From: Squalus acanthias
Lineage: Eukaryota
NCBI GenBank assembly: GCA_030390025.1
Contig: CM059432.1
Location: 129,892,001 to 129,956,000 of the forward strand
Length of the DNA: 64,000 bases
Reading direction: 5' to 3'
The translations under genes were made by a program, and so were the position numbers. The notes under the pieces are model-generated. The model made no database searches, was not told the DNA's origin, and saw only the letters and a program-made list of their open reading frames with translations. This document shows positions 51,526-64,000 of the stretch, one piece after another; position 1 is the stretch's first letter; the number at the start of each line of letters is the position of its first letter.

Positions 51526-54500
51526 GGGCTCGATTTTAATTCCCGAGGCGGGTTGGAGTAGGATTGCGTGGTGGGCGGGTTCCGAGCCACTTCCGGCGGG
51601 ATCAGCTGCTGAGGTCCGATTTTAATTAAATCAGCTTGTTGAGTTCATTGGGGCTCGCTGGCCAGTCCAATGAGTGCGATCGGGTCGGCTGGACGCCTCT
51701 GATGACGTCATCATAGCAGCTAGTTTTAAAGCTCCCATTCAGCCTAAGCCTTTCTCTTCTGCATTCTGATACTCAGTGATATTGCTCCAACCACAATGAC
51801 TTCTTCCAGAGGCAAGGCAGCTCCTCGATTTAATGATGAGTCCCTTCATGCTCTTGTCGATGCTGTAAGACGGTGCAGGGAGATTCTCTCTACCCTCCGG
51901 ATGGCCAGACGGAGCCTCCTCAACAGACTAAGGCAGCCTGGCTGCGCATTGCTCAGGAGGTGAGCACAAGGTCCATTTGTTCACGCTCCTGGATCCAGTG
52001 CAGGAAATGGTTTAATGATCTTGTGTAAACATCTAAAGTGAGTATCCTATCACACTTACCTTCAATCTGCTTCCCTTCTCTTCTCATCACCAGCACTCTG
52101 CGTTGTAAGTCTGCTCCTCCACATACCACCTTACCCTTACTTCCCTTGCACCCTTACCTATCCATCTCTGTCTCTGTGCTGAATCACTTCAGCATCCTGC
52201 CTATGCACCCCTTAGACTCGCTCTCACTGTTATGCAATGACAACAACTAACAACGCACAGCGAGCTAGCTTCCTCTTGGCACCTTACCCTATCTTCTTCT
52301 CCCTCAAAGCTTCTATGGTAGGGATTCTTCACACTCACTCCATCACTGTGGCTGAAACTCCGCTTGTGTCCCTCCTTGCAGGAAAAGATAGCCCACAATA
52401 AGAGGGAGAGAGCACTGACTGGAGGAGGTACACCAACCCTAGCAACTTGACAAGTGCTGAGGAGGCTGCACACGAAATTGTTGGAGGTGGCGAGGATCTG
52501 GAAGTGGGCGATGGAGAGACGGGCACACGAGAGGAAGCTGGTGACATAATAGAGTTTCATCCCTCTCATTGACATTTAGTGATTGACTGCAATGGCATAT
52601 GATGTTCATCGATAATCGCGTTGTATCATCTGCTCAAAAGATGTGCCTGCTACATCAATATCCGATGTCTAAATCATGCCTTTACTCTCCCACAGGACCA
52701 TCGAGCCCCCCGCCCCCCTCCCCACGGATCCAGGACAAACAGCCGGATGACTCCTCAGAGTAACCTGAAGCCTCGGAGGGAGCAGCATCACCAGGACTCA
52801 GCACACCCAGCACCAGCACAGCAACGCACATCTCGGTGGGGCCCTCGCGAGTTAGAGTAGTGTTGCCACCTGGTCTATCACAGCGCACAAGTGAGCATCA
52901 GCAGATGGTGGAGACAGCGATAGCAGTGGCGTCCTCGGCGGAAGTTGCAGCAATCTCATAGCTCTGCTGAGCTGCATGAAGACGCTGTGCCTCTGGGGCC
53001 ATCCAGAAAAAGAGCATCTCAGGAAATACAGGAACAAGTGCAGGAGTCTCTGGAAGGGTTTGCCTCCAGGGTTAGTGCGAGTGTGGATAGAATGGAGGAG
53101 TCCATCTCTAACATCAGCACTGCCGTGGTGGAGGCAATGGCGCATGAACGCACCACCATGGATAGGATGGCAACTTCCCTGGAAAGGCTGGCTATCTCCG
53201 TGGAAAGGATGGCGACCGCCATAGAGAAATAAGTCGCCAGAGTCAGGAAAACATGGTGACTGTTCAAAATAGAATGTCATCTCTGGAGGAGAGATGGGCA
53301 GCTATTGAGCAGAGAGACCAGAGCTTCATGGACGTCCTTATGATGAGGACAGCCAGTGCAGATACGGGTCCTCATGGTCCCATTGATGTGCAGCAAGGTG
53401 CTCTCCAGCCACTTGCTAGCACTGAGGTGCGGCTGACCCATGAGAGGGATGTTGCTGGCAGGACACAAGGAAGTGTGGGCTCCTCTCAAAGCGCTCACAC
53501 GACCATGCCATTGCGGAGCCCTCGGTCAGAGACCCACTTTGCTAGGAGACAACTGAGATGGCCGTTTCAGCCCCTGCACAGCCGCAGGAAGAGCAGACTG
53601 TTGAAGAGCCCTCCCAGGCTCCCAAACCCAGAGGACGCCCGCCAAAGGCATTTAAGCAGGCGCAGCATCATAGTCAGCAAGGTGCCTCTACATCTGCTGA
53701 AGCCACAGGGGAAGCACCACGTAGAAGCACGTGTAAGAGAAAGATTAAGCACATATTGTCACAAGGGGACTCACGTGGGTGTTTTGTCTTTTTTTTCTGA
53801 TGATCCTTTTGTCATGTGTAAAAGAAAAATTATGGCAAACAGTTGATTGTGTGGCCTATGTGTTCTGGGAAATGGCAAAAGCGCATTGAGGGCTCAGGGT
53901 GACTTGCTTTTGTAATGCTGATGGTGAAAGTGATAGGAAATAACCGGGTATAGCAGAGATGATGTATGACATTGGACAAATGTCGCCTACAATTACAGAG
54001 CCATATGGTAGCCACCTATGGTTGAAGAGAAAGCTTATGCTAGTGTGGCATGGCAGTGTACATACCCTGCTTGACGGGCAGCAGTGAACTGGAGGGATGC
54101 TGTATTGGTCACAACAGGGCACGCAAGGCACCCCTCCTCCTCCTCCTCTTCCCAGGAAGATCTGCGCTGAGTCACGTGGCTGCTGCTCCTCCGATTATGA
54201 GGACCAGGATGAGAGGACATAAATTTTTCCCATCCCCTTGCTATAGATTTCATTTGAGGCAACAAGCTTGCAAACGCACAGTCGAAGTAGCCTGAAATTA
54301 TTCCATTCAGGTCACACAGGTGGGTGTCAGCTTGAACAGTCACAAGGTCAGTAGATGTGCAAAATCTTATCCCATACCTACAACAGCAAATTTGTTGCAT
54401 TTCAATGTCAGCCATGTTTCAGGGGTGCTTTTAAAGCGCTCCACCAATGAATACAAATCATGTCCTCCAGCAACTCGTCTCCTTGAAGCTGGCCTGTTTC

Positions 54501-54769
54501 TGACAAGATGAGAAACAGGAGCCAGAAGCACGAAAATGGGAAACCTCTATCAAAATAGGATTAGCAAGGCAGTTAACAGGCTCTTAACTGCCTTAACTAC
54601 CTGTCCCACCGGTTCCAGTCGGGTCAGTTTGGGAGCGGCTGAACAGACACTCACGAAAATTGGGTGGGGGCGGGATGGAGGCGGGTTGGGTGTCTGAAGC
54701 CATTTTTTCCGATTTTCCCAACAGACCCGCCTCCAAACCCACCTCCTCAGGGCTATTAAAATCGAGGCC
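51526..54769 (+). mobile_element. Harbinger deletion derivative retaining the Myb gene but almost no transposase
   Basis: TIRs GGGCTCGATTTTAAT / ATTAAAATCGAGGCC, TSD TAA; only an acidic-tail remnant of the transposase near 54070-54180 (-). Confidence 0.92.
51796..53800 (+). pseudogene. Harbinger Myb/SANT-like gene, 3 exons (51796-52037, 52382-52540, from 52696), several lesions
   Basis: MTSSRGKAAPRFNDESL..WIQCRKWFNDL; collinear with 17296-20313. Confidence 0.87.
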
Positions 54770-55019
54770 TAAAGATCCCATGGCACTATTCCAAGAAAAT
54801 CAGGGCATTCTCCTGATGTCCTGACCAAAATTCTTCCCTCAACCAACACCACCAAAAAGACCAGTCATTCGTCTCATTGCTGTTTGTGGGACACTGCTGA
54901 TTCACAACGGCTGTCACTTTTGCCCATGTAATGGTCACTACGTTACAAAAATAATTCATTATCTGAAGTACTTTGAGACATTTTGATATGATAAATACAT
55001 GTAGTCTTATTATTAGTAG

Positions 55020-55290
55020 CACTATCGAAGCAGCACCTTAAATGCTTGGGCCGATCTGGGGCATCCTGCAGTATAGCCCAGCTAAGGTATCAAGGCGGTG
55101 GATGTTGCACAACTTTGCCCTGCTCTTCAAAGAGGCATCATCATGAAGGCCCCATAGGATGAAGACACCACCAGCAGCAAGAGGACGAGTAAGAAGAGCA
55201 GGAGGAGCCTTATGAGGCTGTGGAAGAGAATTTCTTCCTGGCTGCTCCTGGAAGAGACCATCTCATAACATGGAGAATTTGCCTGCTGCA
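55020..55290 (+). pseudogene. Harbinger transposase C-terminal relic
   Basis: CLGRSG..LQYSPAKVS..LHNFAL and an acidic stretch. Confidence 0.6.
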
Positions 55291-56449
55291 TTAACAGCCC
55301 TGTCTCCATCTTCCCCATGCCCTCCAATGCTCTGTCTTTACCTACAATGCCTTAACTTTCCCATCCATTCCTGGCACCTGCTGAAACACAATGTGAAACC
55401 TTAGAAAGAACACTTTCTGCAACACAGGCTAACTGCAGTGCAAGCAAATTTCTAATAATCTGACAAGGGATGTGTGTGGGTACCAACTATTTGGTTCTTC
55501 AGTACTTCCTTGTGGTGACGGTGGGTGATAGATATGCTCTTCCACCTTATCTAATGTTCTGGTGCTACCTCACAGGCAGAAGTACATGAGGTGGCTAGCT
55601 GCTGTGTGTCTATAAGACCCTCAGGATTCGGGTGGTCCCCACCCCTCGCACCCCCAGGAGCTTAGGCCTAAGATGGCTTCACTGTAGCTTCCACCCCGAC
55701 CTGGCACTGCACATTTTTCAGCACAACTCCAGGCATTAGAGGGGTCGGGCAGGAGGATCTACATGTATGGCCATCCTAAGAGACTGCATTCATCATCCAT
55801 GCCCATTGCACCCATGCCCCTTTTCCTGGGCACTGCCTCACCATGGCCACTGATAGGCATGACGGTAGACCTAATGGTTCTCTCTCGGCCTCTTGAAGCT
55901 AGAAAAGGTAGCCCATTCCACTCTGCAACCCCAGCCTCTTATAATGGTCATTATCACATTGTTGAGCTTGCTGTGTGCAAATTGGATGTCGGGTTTCCTA
56001 AATTACAAGAGTGACTACTCCAAAAGTATTTCATTGGCTGTAAAGCACTTTGCGATGTCCTGAGATTGTAAAAGGTTTACTTTCTTTACAACACTCTATT
56101 CACCCCCTTCCCCACCACTCTCAACAATCCCCTCCCCTCAATCACAAGGGCACAACGCAGCACCCCTTTCTCATTACAAGCAAACTCACCTCTTCCTTTC
56201 CTCTCCTCATATCTCACACTGACACCATTCTCTTCTTGTATCCTACCACTTGCCCCACCACCAACTCCTCCCAGCACTCCTGCCTCACTTCCCATTCCAC
56301 ACACTTGGCTTGCCATTCAGCACCTTCCCCATCCTCATTCCATCTTGCTGCATCTTCACCTCTCAACACATCCACTATACGCACAAGCCCCACACATCTC
56401 CGCTTACCTTTTCAACAGCCACTCACTAACTGTCACCCTCTCTTTCTGC

Positions 56450-58302
56450 AGGAGAAGACAGTGCACAATGCAAAGGAGAGAGTCAGGAGCGAGGGAGGGC
56501 TACCTAACATCATCACCTTCACCCAAGCAGAGCAGCACACCCTGGAGATCAGTGGTCCAGGGAGAGCCACAAGCATTGGAGAAGGTGAGGCGGATGGTAT
56601 ACCAGAGCAGGGTGTCTGCATATTACCAGAGCAGGGTGTCTGCATATTACCAGAGCAGGGTGTCTGCATATTACCAGAGCAGGGTGTCTGCATATTACCA
56701 GAGCAGGGTGTCTGCATATTACCAGAGCAGGGTGTCTGCATATTACCAGAGCAGGGTGTCTGCATATTACCAGAGCAGGGTGTCTGCATATTACCAGAGC
56801 AAGGTGTCTGCATATTACCAGAGCAGGGTGTCTGCATATTACCAGAGCAGGGTGTCTGCATATTACTTGTAAACTTTCGCTCACCTCAGCATAGATGCAG
56901 CAAGATGCACAACTTTCAACCTTGCTTTCTCACAGCTATCAGCTGTAAATGTCCAGTTTTCTATCTCCCATCCGAATTGTCGTTCCTTTTCTCTTTCCCC
57001 TATGTCCTTCACAGCAGCAAGAGCCTCCTGCGCAAGCAGACACCTCGGAGGAGAACAATCCTTAGAAGGATGCCCCATCAAGTGCTCCATCCCTCCCAGG
57101 CACCAGCTCAGACATTGGCACTCCACATGGGTTAGCTTGTGAGTTCAAGATGTCTGCATGTAGTCACTCACAGGGCACCAGTGAGCAGCAGCAGGTATTG
57201 GTGGCAGGAAGAGCACAGGAGACAGCTCACCGGAGAGCGAAGTCCTCTCCCAGCTCTGTTCAGGGGATGCAGATGACAACTTCAGGGGCCCAGCCATGAA
57301 AAGAAAACTGCTGGCATCACACAAACAGCTGTACAAGGCATTGGGAGGTTTCACCACTCTGGCTGACAACATGTAGGAGTCTGCTTCTAGCTTATGTGGT
57401 ATCATCTCACATGGCATCAGCACTCTGCAGTCTACCCTGGACAGGGTGGCCACCTCCAGAGATGCTGCAGCCAGGCCCTCACATCAGGAGTCTCTGTTCA
57501 CACGCTTTGCAGCTTTGATGGAAGCTCAAACATTGGAACAGGAGGAGGCCATTCAGCCCCTCGAGCCTGTTCCACCATTTAATAAGATCATGGCTAATCT
57601 GTATCCTAACTCCATCCACCCGCCTTGGCTCCATATCCCTTAATACCCTTGGCTAGCAAAAAACTATCGATCTCAGATTTAAAATTATTAATTGAGCTAG
57701 CACCTACTGCTTCTTGTGGGAAAGAGTTCCACACTTCTACCACCCTTTGTGTGAAGAAGTGTTTCCTAACTTCTCTCCTGCCATACGGACTTAGGCTCCG
57801 GTCTCGAGAAACAGGTATCCACCTTGGACAGATTGATGGATCAAATAGACAAGGACTTTGAAGGATCCACTCATCTCCTGCAGTTTGCTCTCCCACAGAT
57901 CAGTGGAAGCGTTAAGGCCCCGCCCCACAAGTGTAGCAGTGGCGTGATGAGTGCAGCACGTGTTGCCCTCTCCCAGGATGCCAGCACGTCTGCTCCTTCA
58001 CCACTCCCACCCTCCCACCAATACCCGCCATGGTGTGAGCAAGTCAGCCTGGCCAGCAGACTGCTCCAGGAGGAGCAGCAGTCAGTCTACAGCCAGGCAC
58101 CCCACAGGCTCAAGCACCCAGAAGTCATCGGCCATGAGCATCTCAAAGGTCCCCACGTGACAAACAACAGCCTTCCACCAGCCTTTTTATGCCGAGTTAA
58201 AATGGCGTTGGGCAGGAACACGGCGTGAACCCCCCCCCGACCTCCATTTTAACTACCAGCCTGGCCTTGTTCACGCTGGGCGGGCTGAGTTAAAATCAGG
58301 GC
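56450..58302 (+). mobile_element. Decayed Harbinger: Myb exons 2-3 relic and probable right end; CR1 3' fragment inserted at 57533-57780 (-)
   Basis: cag|EKTVHNAKERVRSEGG matches exon 2 of the other copies; TIR-like AAAATCAGGGC at ~58292-58302. Confidence 0.7.
56601..56864. repeat. 24-bp tandem repeat x11, near-perfect
   Basis: accagagcagggtgtctgcatatt; one substitution at 56802. Confidence 0.97.
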
Positions 58303-59234
58303 TAATGTTACTGCAGGAAAAAGAAGCAAATTGTATCGTTCTGAGCAGAACGATATCAAAAGTATATGATTAGCAGGGCTAGTACAACAGTAACTGAAGC
58401 TATTTGCCCAAGAGAATTAACCAATGAACTCACTTTGTCAGGTTTCATTTCACTTTCAATTGTTATTTTCTTTGAGTTTCTGTTGCTGGAGGGGAACTTT
58501 GAACTGGTTGCTTTGCAAGAGCCACCAGGAGTGTAAGAAATTTAGTAGGTCTTTGGGTTTATCTACAGCGCCCGCTCAGCATTTACAGGTCGATTGATCT
58601 CATAGAAGTACTGAAAAATGGTAGCACCCTCAGTGGTTCTATTTTTTAAAGGGAAAAATCACCACAAAGTATTGCGGCGTCAAAGTGGAAACTGACAGTC
58701 CAGTGATGCAGTCAGATCAGAACCATTGTCGCGGAGGATCACCCTGCTTCAAATAACCTCACAAGATGTTGTAATGCACCAATGGGAGCAGATGGGTTAC
58801 GGAACCAGTTCTTGATCTATATTAATCAATGCCAACTGTTTATTGTTTATGAAGTCTAACCTTGCTCCACTCCAGCCACCTTGATGTAAATCACCATTAC
58901 TATTTTAATAGGTCATGCAGCTAAGCTGTAAGCAAAAGCAATCAGGAGGTCACTGATGCTCCATAAATTGGATGATTTCACTTTAGAAGCAGACATCCAT
59001 AGCAAAAAGAAATGAAGAGCGTTACAAGGCAGGATAATTACATAAACTTCCAAATTCAAATGAAGTCGTAAACTGCTCTCCTGATTTAGGGTTCTTATGG
59101 TATTTTTATATAGTAGAATAACTTCACAAAATGTGTCTCCAGTATTGTCTCAGAGTCGTGGTGCTGTGGAATCCACGTGATTTATATTTCATGGTGTATT
59201 CCACGGCACACGGAACAACACAAAATAACTGTTC

Positions 59235-59352
59235 AGTTCTGATGAAAGGTCATCAACCTGAAGCGTTAACTCTGTTTCTCTCTCCACAGATGCTGCCTGA
59301 CCTTCTGAATGTTCCCGGCATTTTCTGTTTCTATTTCAGATTTCCAGCAGTA
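59235..59352 (+). mobile_element. PLE 3' end fragment with a mutated hammerhead (GAAG for GAAA)
   Basis: Reverse-complement match to 31700-31821. Confidence 0.8.
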
Positions 59353-59730
59353 CACAATCGTGTTCCTGTCTGGGGAACTTACATACTGCCCAGTGAGCTT
59401 GTTTTGCTCGAGTGAGCCATTCAGCCTCATTAGTGTTCCGCGCGCCCTCGTCTCTGAGGGAATGTTGCCTCCAGAGGTGGAAACCACCATTTTTGGTGGA
59501 CCTCAGGCTCTGCAGAGATGGCAGGAGCATTTTACCACACCGCTGCTAAATTTGGTGCTGCCATCGGTGATATTGCAGGATAGTGAATGGATTGTCGTAC
59601 CACACATAGAATGTACGTTTGTGTTGTGCCATTCTGACCAATTAATCCCAAAACAAATGGTAGAAATAGAAAGCCCATTGCTTGACTTGGCAGCAATGGG
59701 TATGTAAAAGTAGAGCACTGAAGAATTTTG

Positions 59731-60153
59731 AAAAAGAAAGAACTTGCATTTGTATAGCACCTTTCATGACCTCAGAGCATCCTAAAGTGCTTTGCAGCCA
59801 ATGAAGTAATTTTGAAGTGTAGTCACTCTTGCAATGTAGGGAAACTCAGCAGCTAATTTGCACACAGAAGAGGTCCCACAAATAGCAATGAGATAAGTGA
59901 CCAGATAATTTGTTTTAGTGATGTTGGCTAAGGGATAAATATTGGTCAAGACAATCTGCTCTTCTTCGAATAGTACAGTTTCAGAGAGTAGACAGGGCCT
60001 CGCTTTAACGTCTCATTGAAAGGACAGCATCTCCAACAGTGCAGCCTGAAGTACTGCACAGCAATGTCAGCCTGCATTACGTGCTCTGGAATGCGGCTTC
60101 AACCCATGACCTTCTGGCTCAGCAGCAAGAGTGCTACCACTGAACCAAGGCTG
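59731..60153 (-). mobile_element. DeuSINE, older copy
   Basis: Reverse-complement similarity to 6443-6905 from head to tail. Confidence 0.82.
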
Positions 60154-61499
60154 ATACCTAATAACTCACGAATGGTGTGTTTCTTCATAGCTCACTGCTT
60201 TCTGTTTTGTATCCTCTATGTCTTTGTGCAACTGCTATCGAGTGCACTGGGTTTTTTTTCTCCTCCTCTCTCGTGAAGGCAATGACTTCTACTGGGGTAC
60301 AGCTCCAGATCTACTGACAACCCTCCAATATTTAACACAAATAGTCATTTTTCAAGTGTGGCTCTGACAGGTTATTATACCACAGAGGGCAGGACAGTCC
60401 AGCCTGATCCTGTCTGAACACGCCGTGATTTTTCCAGCAAGATCCGGCCCATAGAATTTTGTAGCACAGAAACCAGCTAGTCAGCCAAGCGTCCTGCACT
60501 GGCACTTGAACAGCATTCCATTTCCTGCCCTTTACCCTTTAAGACTTTTCTTTGTCCACTTTTCTTTTAAAAGCTATTAAGGATTCTGCCTCCACCATTG
60601 TTTCTGCTCGGATATTCTACGCCCTAACAACTCACTTCGGTAAACAAATTTGTCTAATCTGTAGTTTCGCTGACCAGTGGAAGTAGTTTTTCCCAACGAC
60701 CTTGTGAAGACCCCTCATCATTTTTAATACTGCTGTCAGATCTTTTTCTTAAAATTAAGTCAAAGCATAGAGAAATTCCATTATTAATGTATACATGATT
60801 AATGTATAGATGAGACTAATCACAGGAGCATTCAGGGTTCAAGGTTGGGGTCTCCTGCAGGACTTGCTGTAAGGTTGCTTTCCTTTAACACCTTCCTGTC
60901 CTTGGCCTCATATCACCTGAGCTCCTGTTGCCTCACTTATTCTTCCACATTATGCAGTTGACACATAAAAATCCATTGCTGCATACTCCTCTCAACATAG
61001 ATCAATATCCTTGCAGGTCAAGCAACATCCGTGGAGAGAGAAACAGAGCTCACGTCTCAGGTCGAGATGCTGCCTGATCAGATGAGTATTTCCAGCATTT
61101 TATGCTGTCGTTTCAGATTTACAGTATCCGCTCACAGAGGGAAGAGGAAGACACAGAAAAGGAAGAAGCCGTAGAGGAGGAAGCAGAAGGAAGGATGCAA
61201 CCCAGACAGTCCCTTTTCCCTTTTCAACATTTGTCCCACACCTGACCTTACCTCTGTTACTGACCATCACACGTCCTCTTGGCCACAATGCTGAAATAAA
61301 AGCCACCACAAAGCAAACTTTCCAATCTAACTTTATACAACTATCCATCCAATATGACATCAAGAAATCAACTCATCACCCTTATGCATTCTCTTAGTGA
61401 TTGTCTTGTGTGTGCCTTTGCCTATCCGACTGATGTCACCCAATGCTTCCCCAGTGGCTGCAGCATGGCTGGTGAAAGGCTGTTGACTTTCATTGGGGG

Positions 61500-62229
61500 A
61501 CACTGCAGATGGCCTTGCTGGTCGACCTTGAGGAGCTGGTGGCTGGGAGTGTGAAATCAAGTGATGGTGTTTCTTCTTCTTCTTCTTCTTCTTCCTCTCC
61601 CTCTTCTTGGTCAACCACTGGCTGGGCAGGCTGCATTTCTTGGGTGTGTGAAATGAGGAAGGCACAAGGGTGGAGTTGTGGTGAGGAGAGGGCGGGAAAG
61701 TATGAGGTGCATACCAGAAGGAGGATAACGTATGAGGGTACCAGCATCTTTTATCCTTCAGCCTCACTGCTGGCCAAGGGCTCAGCCATGCTCCTGCCAA
61801 GAATGGCCTGCACCGTCTCCTCCAAGGGGGTGAGGTGAAGCTAGGAATGGGAGGTGTACCTCGTGATTGAAACAGCTTGTTGGTAGGTGAGCGATGGTGG
61901 GGGTGGGGGGGGGGGGGAGTCATGTATTGAGCAGTGTGTGAGGCTAGTGATGCAGTTGGCAGGAGATGGCTTTTGAAGATGCATAGATGCATTCACTGAC
62001 CCTGACCACTGGTCTGAGGTCATGAAGCTTCTTTGAGCACTGGAGCCAGGTGGTGGGGGCGACACAGCTGGCAGTGACGGCCTCGGTGATCTGGTCCCAC
62101 ATCCTTCTTTCTGGAGATCCTCCTGGCCCCTGTGGGTAGAGGACCTCTCTTGCAGTGTTGACCCCCTGCACAAAGCTGGAGTGCTGCGTGTGAAACCCTG
62201 GGTGCCCCTTCCCTGGCTTGTTGAGCCAT
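61500..62229 (-). pseudogene. Decayed Harbinger Myb-like gene
   Basis: MAQQAREGAPR..REVLYPQG..WDQITEAV..WLQCSKKLHDL..VVR|GTCAGT. Confidence 0.7.
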
Positions 62230-63504
62230 TTGTGTTCGTGCTGCAGCACTTTTACCATGTTTTTTTTGGTGTGGAAGACAATTCAGCTTTAAGAACTGAA
62301 GACTCCCATTTGGGAATTATTTTTAATGTTTTTTTTGAAAGGCAGTAAGGGCTGGAAAATGTATTTTTTTCACTTGATTTAAATTATTAGTTTTGAATGC
62401 ATTGCTCCTTTAATTCAAAGCACTTTAATTGCCCACAATGCCTTGCGAACTCCACAGCCTCACTCCCAGAGGCAGTAAGAAGCAGCAACGCCGACTGTGG
62501 ACGGGAACTTCGGGTCAGAGGTCTCCATTAACGCCACCACGAGGGCGTTGCACGGTAAGTTAGCGCTGCGCTCAACATCACCAACCTCCAGAGCCAATTT
62601 TTCAGTGGTAGCGCTGCGGCCATTTTCAGCGGCTGTTAACTCGAGTTGTCGGTGACACCGGCAATTCTGCTGGCACGCACAAATTTTTTCCCCGTAATGT
62701 TTTTATTAATACAGTTGAATATGGTCTATCACAAAAAATAAGAACTTTTAATCAGGGTATCTAGTCCACCACCTGTCAGTAACCTCATTTTAAATAACTG
62801 AAAATGACTTAAAAAAACTATATGGAATCATTTGCTAGTTATATTAAGGTACATTAGTCAGTTTTTTAGTAAATTAAAAAACAAATTATGTTCAAAAGCT
62901 TATAAAACGTGCCTATTAGCGCAGCCCAAAAAATGATGCGTTTTAAGATCTTCCTCGAAGACCTGCAAGTGGGTGCAATTAGTGGAAACTCCCAATGGTG
63001 ATTAATTCAATCTGGGGGTGTGGTCAGTTTTGTGGGTGGGGCCGGCTTTTAGCGCGGTTTTTTTAAATCGCGCAAAGAAATCGCAGAAACTCAATTGGCA
63101 CTGGATGTAATCTGCACTTGAAATTCCTCGATCTTTTGCGCTGGTTTGGTCAATTTTGGGCGATTGCGCTGAAAAAAAAGGCCATTGTGTCCAGTTTTGC
63201 TTTGCACACATGAAAAAGGCACTGGAGTTATTTTGACCAAAGGGTGAAAACAGGCGCTAAATGGGTGCTGTGTTAATAAGAAACGCCTGTTTGAAAGTCT
63301 GGTTTTAGCTCACATTTTCGGGCTAATTGATGATTGTCATGATTTGGACATGCCTGCAGGCGCTAGCTAGAAACCTGCAGGTTTAGCACGCAAGTGCTGG
63401 TTAGATGCAATTTTCGTGGAGCAGTATATGTGGGGTCCTCGCACCCACTTCTACTGAAGGTGTGGAGTCAGTGCTCCGGCTGGCACACAGCAGCACATTG
63501 CAGG

Positions 63505-63615
63505 ATGGCTCAGGGACCGAGGGAGAGGGCGCACAGGTTCTTGGACGCTGCACTGGAGGTCCTGGTGGAGGAGGTCCAGAGGAGGAGGGATGTCCTGTAC
63601 CCGCAGGGATGGGGG
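63505..63615 (+). pseudogene. Harbinger Myb-like exon 1 5' fragment
   Basis: MAQGPRERAHRFLDAALEVLVEEVQRRRDVLYPQG. Confidence 0.72.
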
Positions 63616-64000
63616 AAGAACGCCACCTTGCCCTCCAGTCCCTCTCTCCTGCAGCAGCTGGTGTTGCTCTGCCTGGCCTCATGTCCTCCTCCCATTCCTC
63701 ATCCAGACCAAGGGAGACCCCTAGCAAGATACCAATCACCAAACACTCCCTTTCTCCTGGTGACTCATAAGGTGGAGTAGCACAGCACTTACTATGTTTA
63801 GGTGAAGTTCTCAGAGAATTTCTGGAATAGATGTCGCTTGAGTGTTGGTGAAGTCCTGACAAAGTGTCCCAGAAAGTCACCTGATGTGTTTCAAAGCTTC
63901 TCTTCACAGCTCCAGCAGCAATGACCATGAAATGGTGAGTATCCCTTTAAGTGGTGAGCAACGTTCAGAGGAGCCGCGCAGGCTGCTCACGGGCTTTTCA

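Larger units (their letters stand above)
51260..54990 (+). mobile_element. DeuSINE split by an antisense SINE tail (51319-51433, TSD AATCTAG) and by the Harbinger at 51526-54769
   Basis: Removing both inserts restores sequence collinear with 6470-6860. Confidence 0.75.

Noticed and set aside
56050..57135. 361-aa ORF, or a CRISPR-like array
   Set aside because: The ORF is a chance join of intron, Myb exon and VNTR; the repeats are contiguous with no spacers and no cas genes.

Overview
Repeat-dominated eukaryotic DNA, almost certainly vertebrate and probably cartilaginous fish (inferred from Deu-domain SINEs and the CR1/Penelope types). No host gene is confidently recognisable. The window is a nested pile of transposable elements. 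PIF/Harbinger DNA transposons dominate: one near-intact two-gene element (7256-13096) carries two further Harbinger derivatives nested inside it, and there are several decayed, Myb-only and MITE copies. Also present: CR1 and L2 LINEs, Penelope-like elements whose 3' ends carry minimal hammerhead ribozymes, tRNA-derived DeuSINEs, two solo LTRs, a hAT MITE, a Tigger/pogo relic and several minisatellites. The least explicable signal is three dispersed, decayed copies (27600-28580 +, 34935-35305 -, 43636-45844 +) of a coding sequence I cannot assign to any family; two copies differ by many synonymous substitutions. All alignments were made by eye, so boundaries are approximate unless a TSD is cited.
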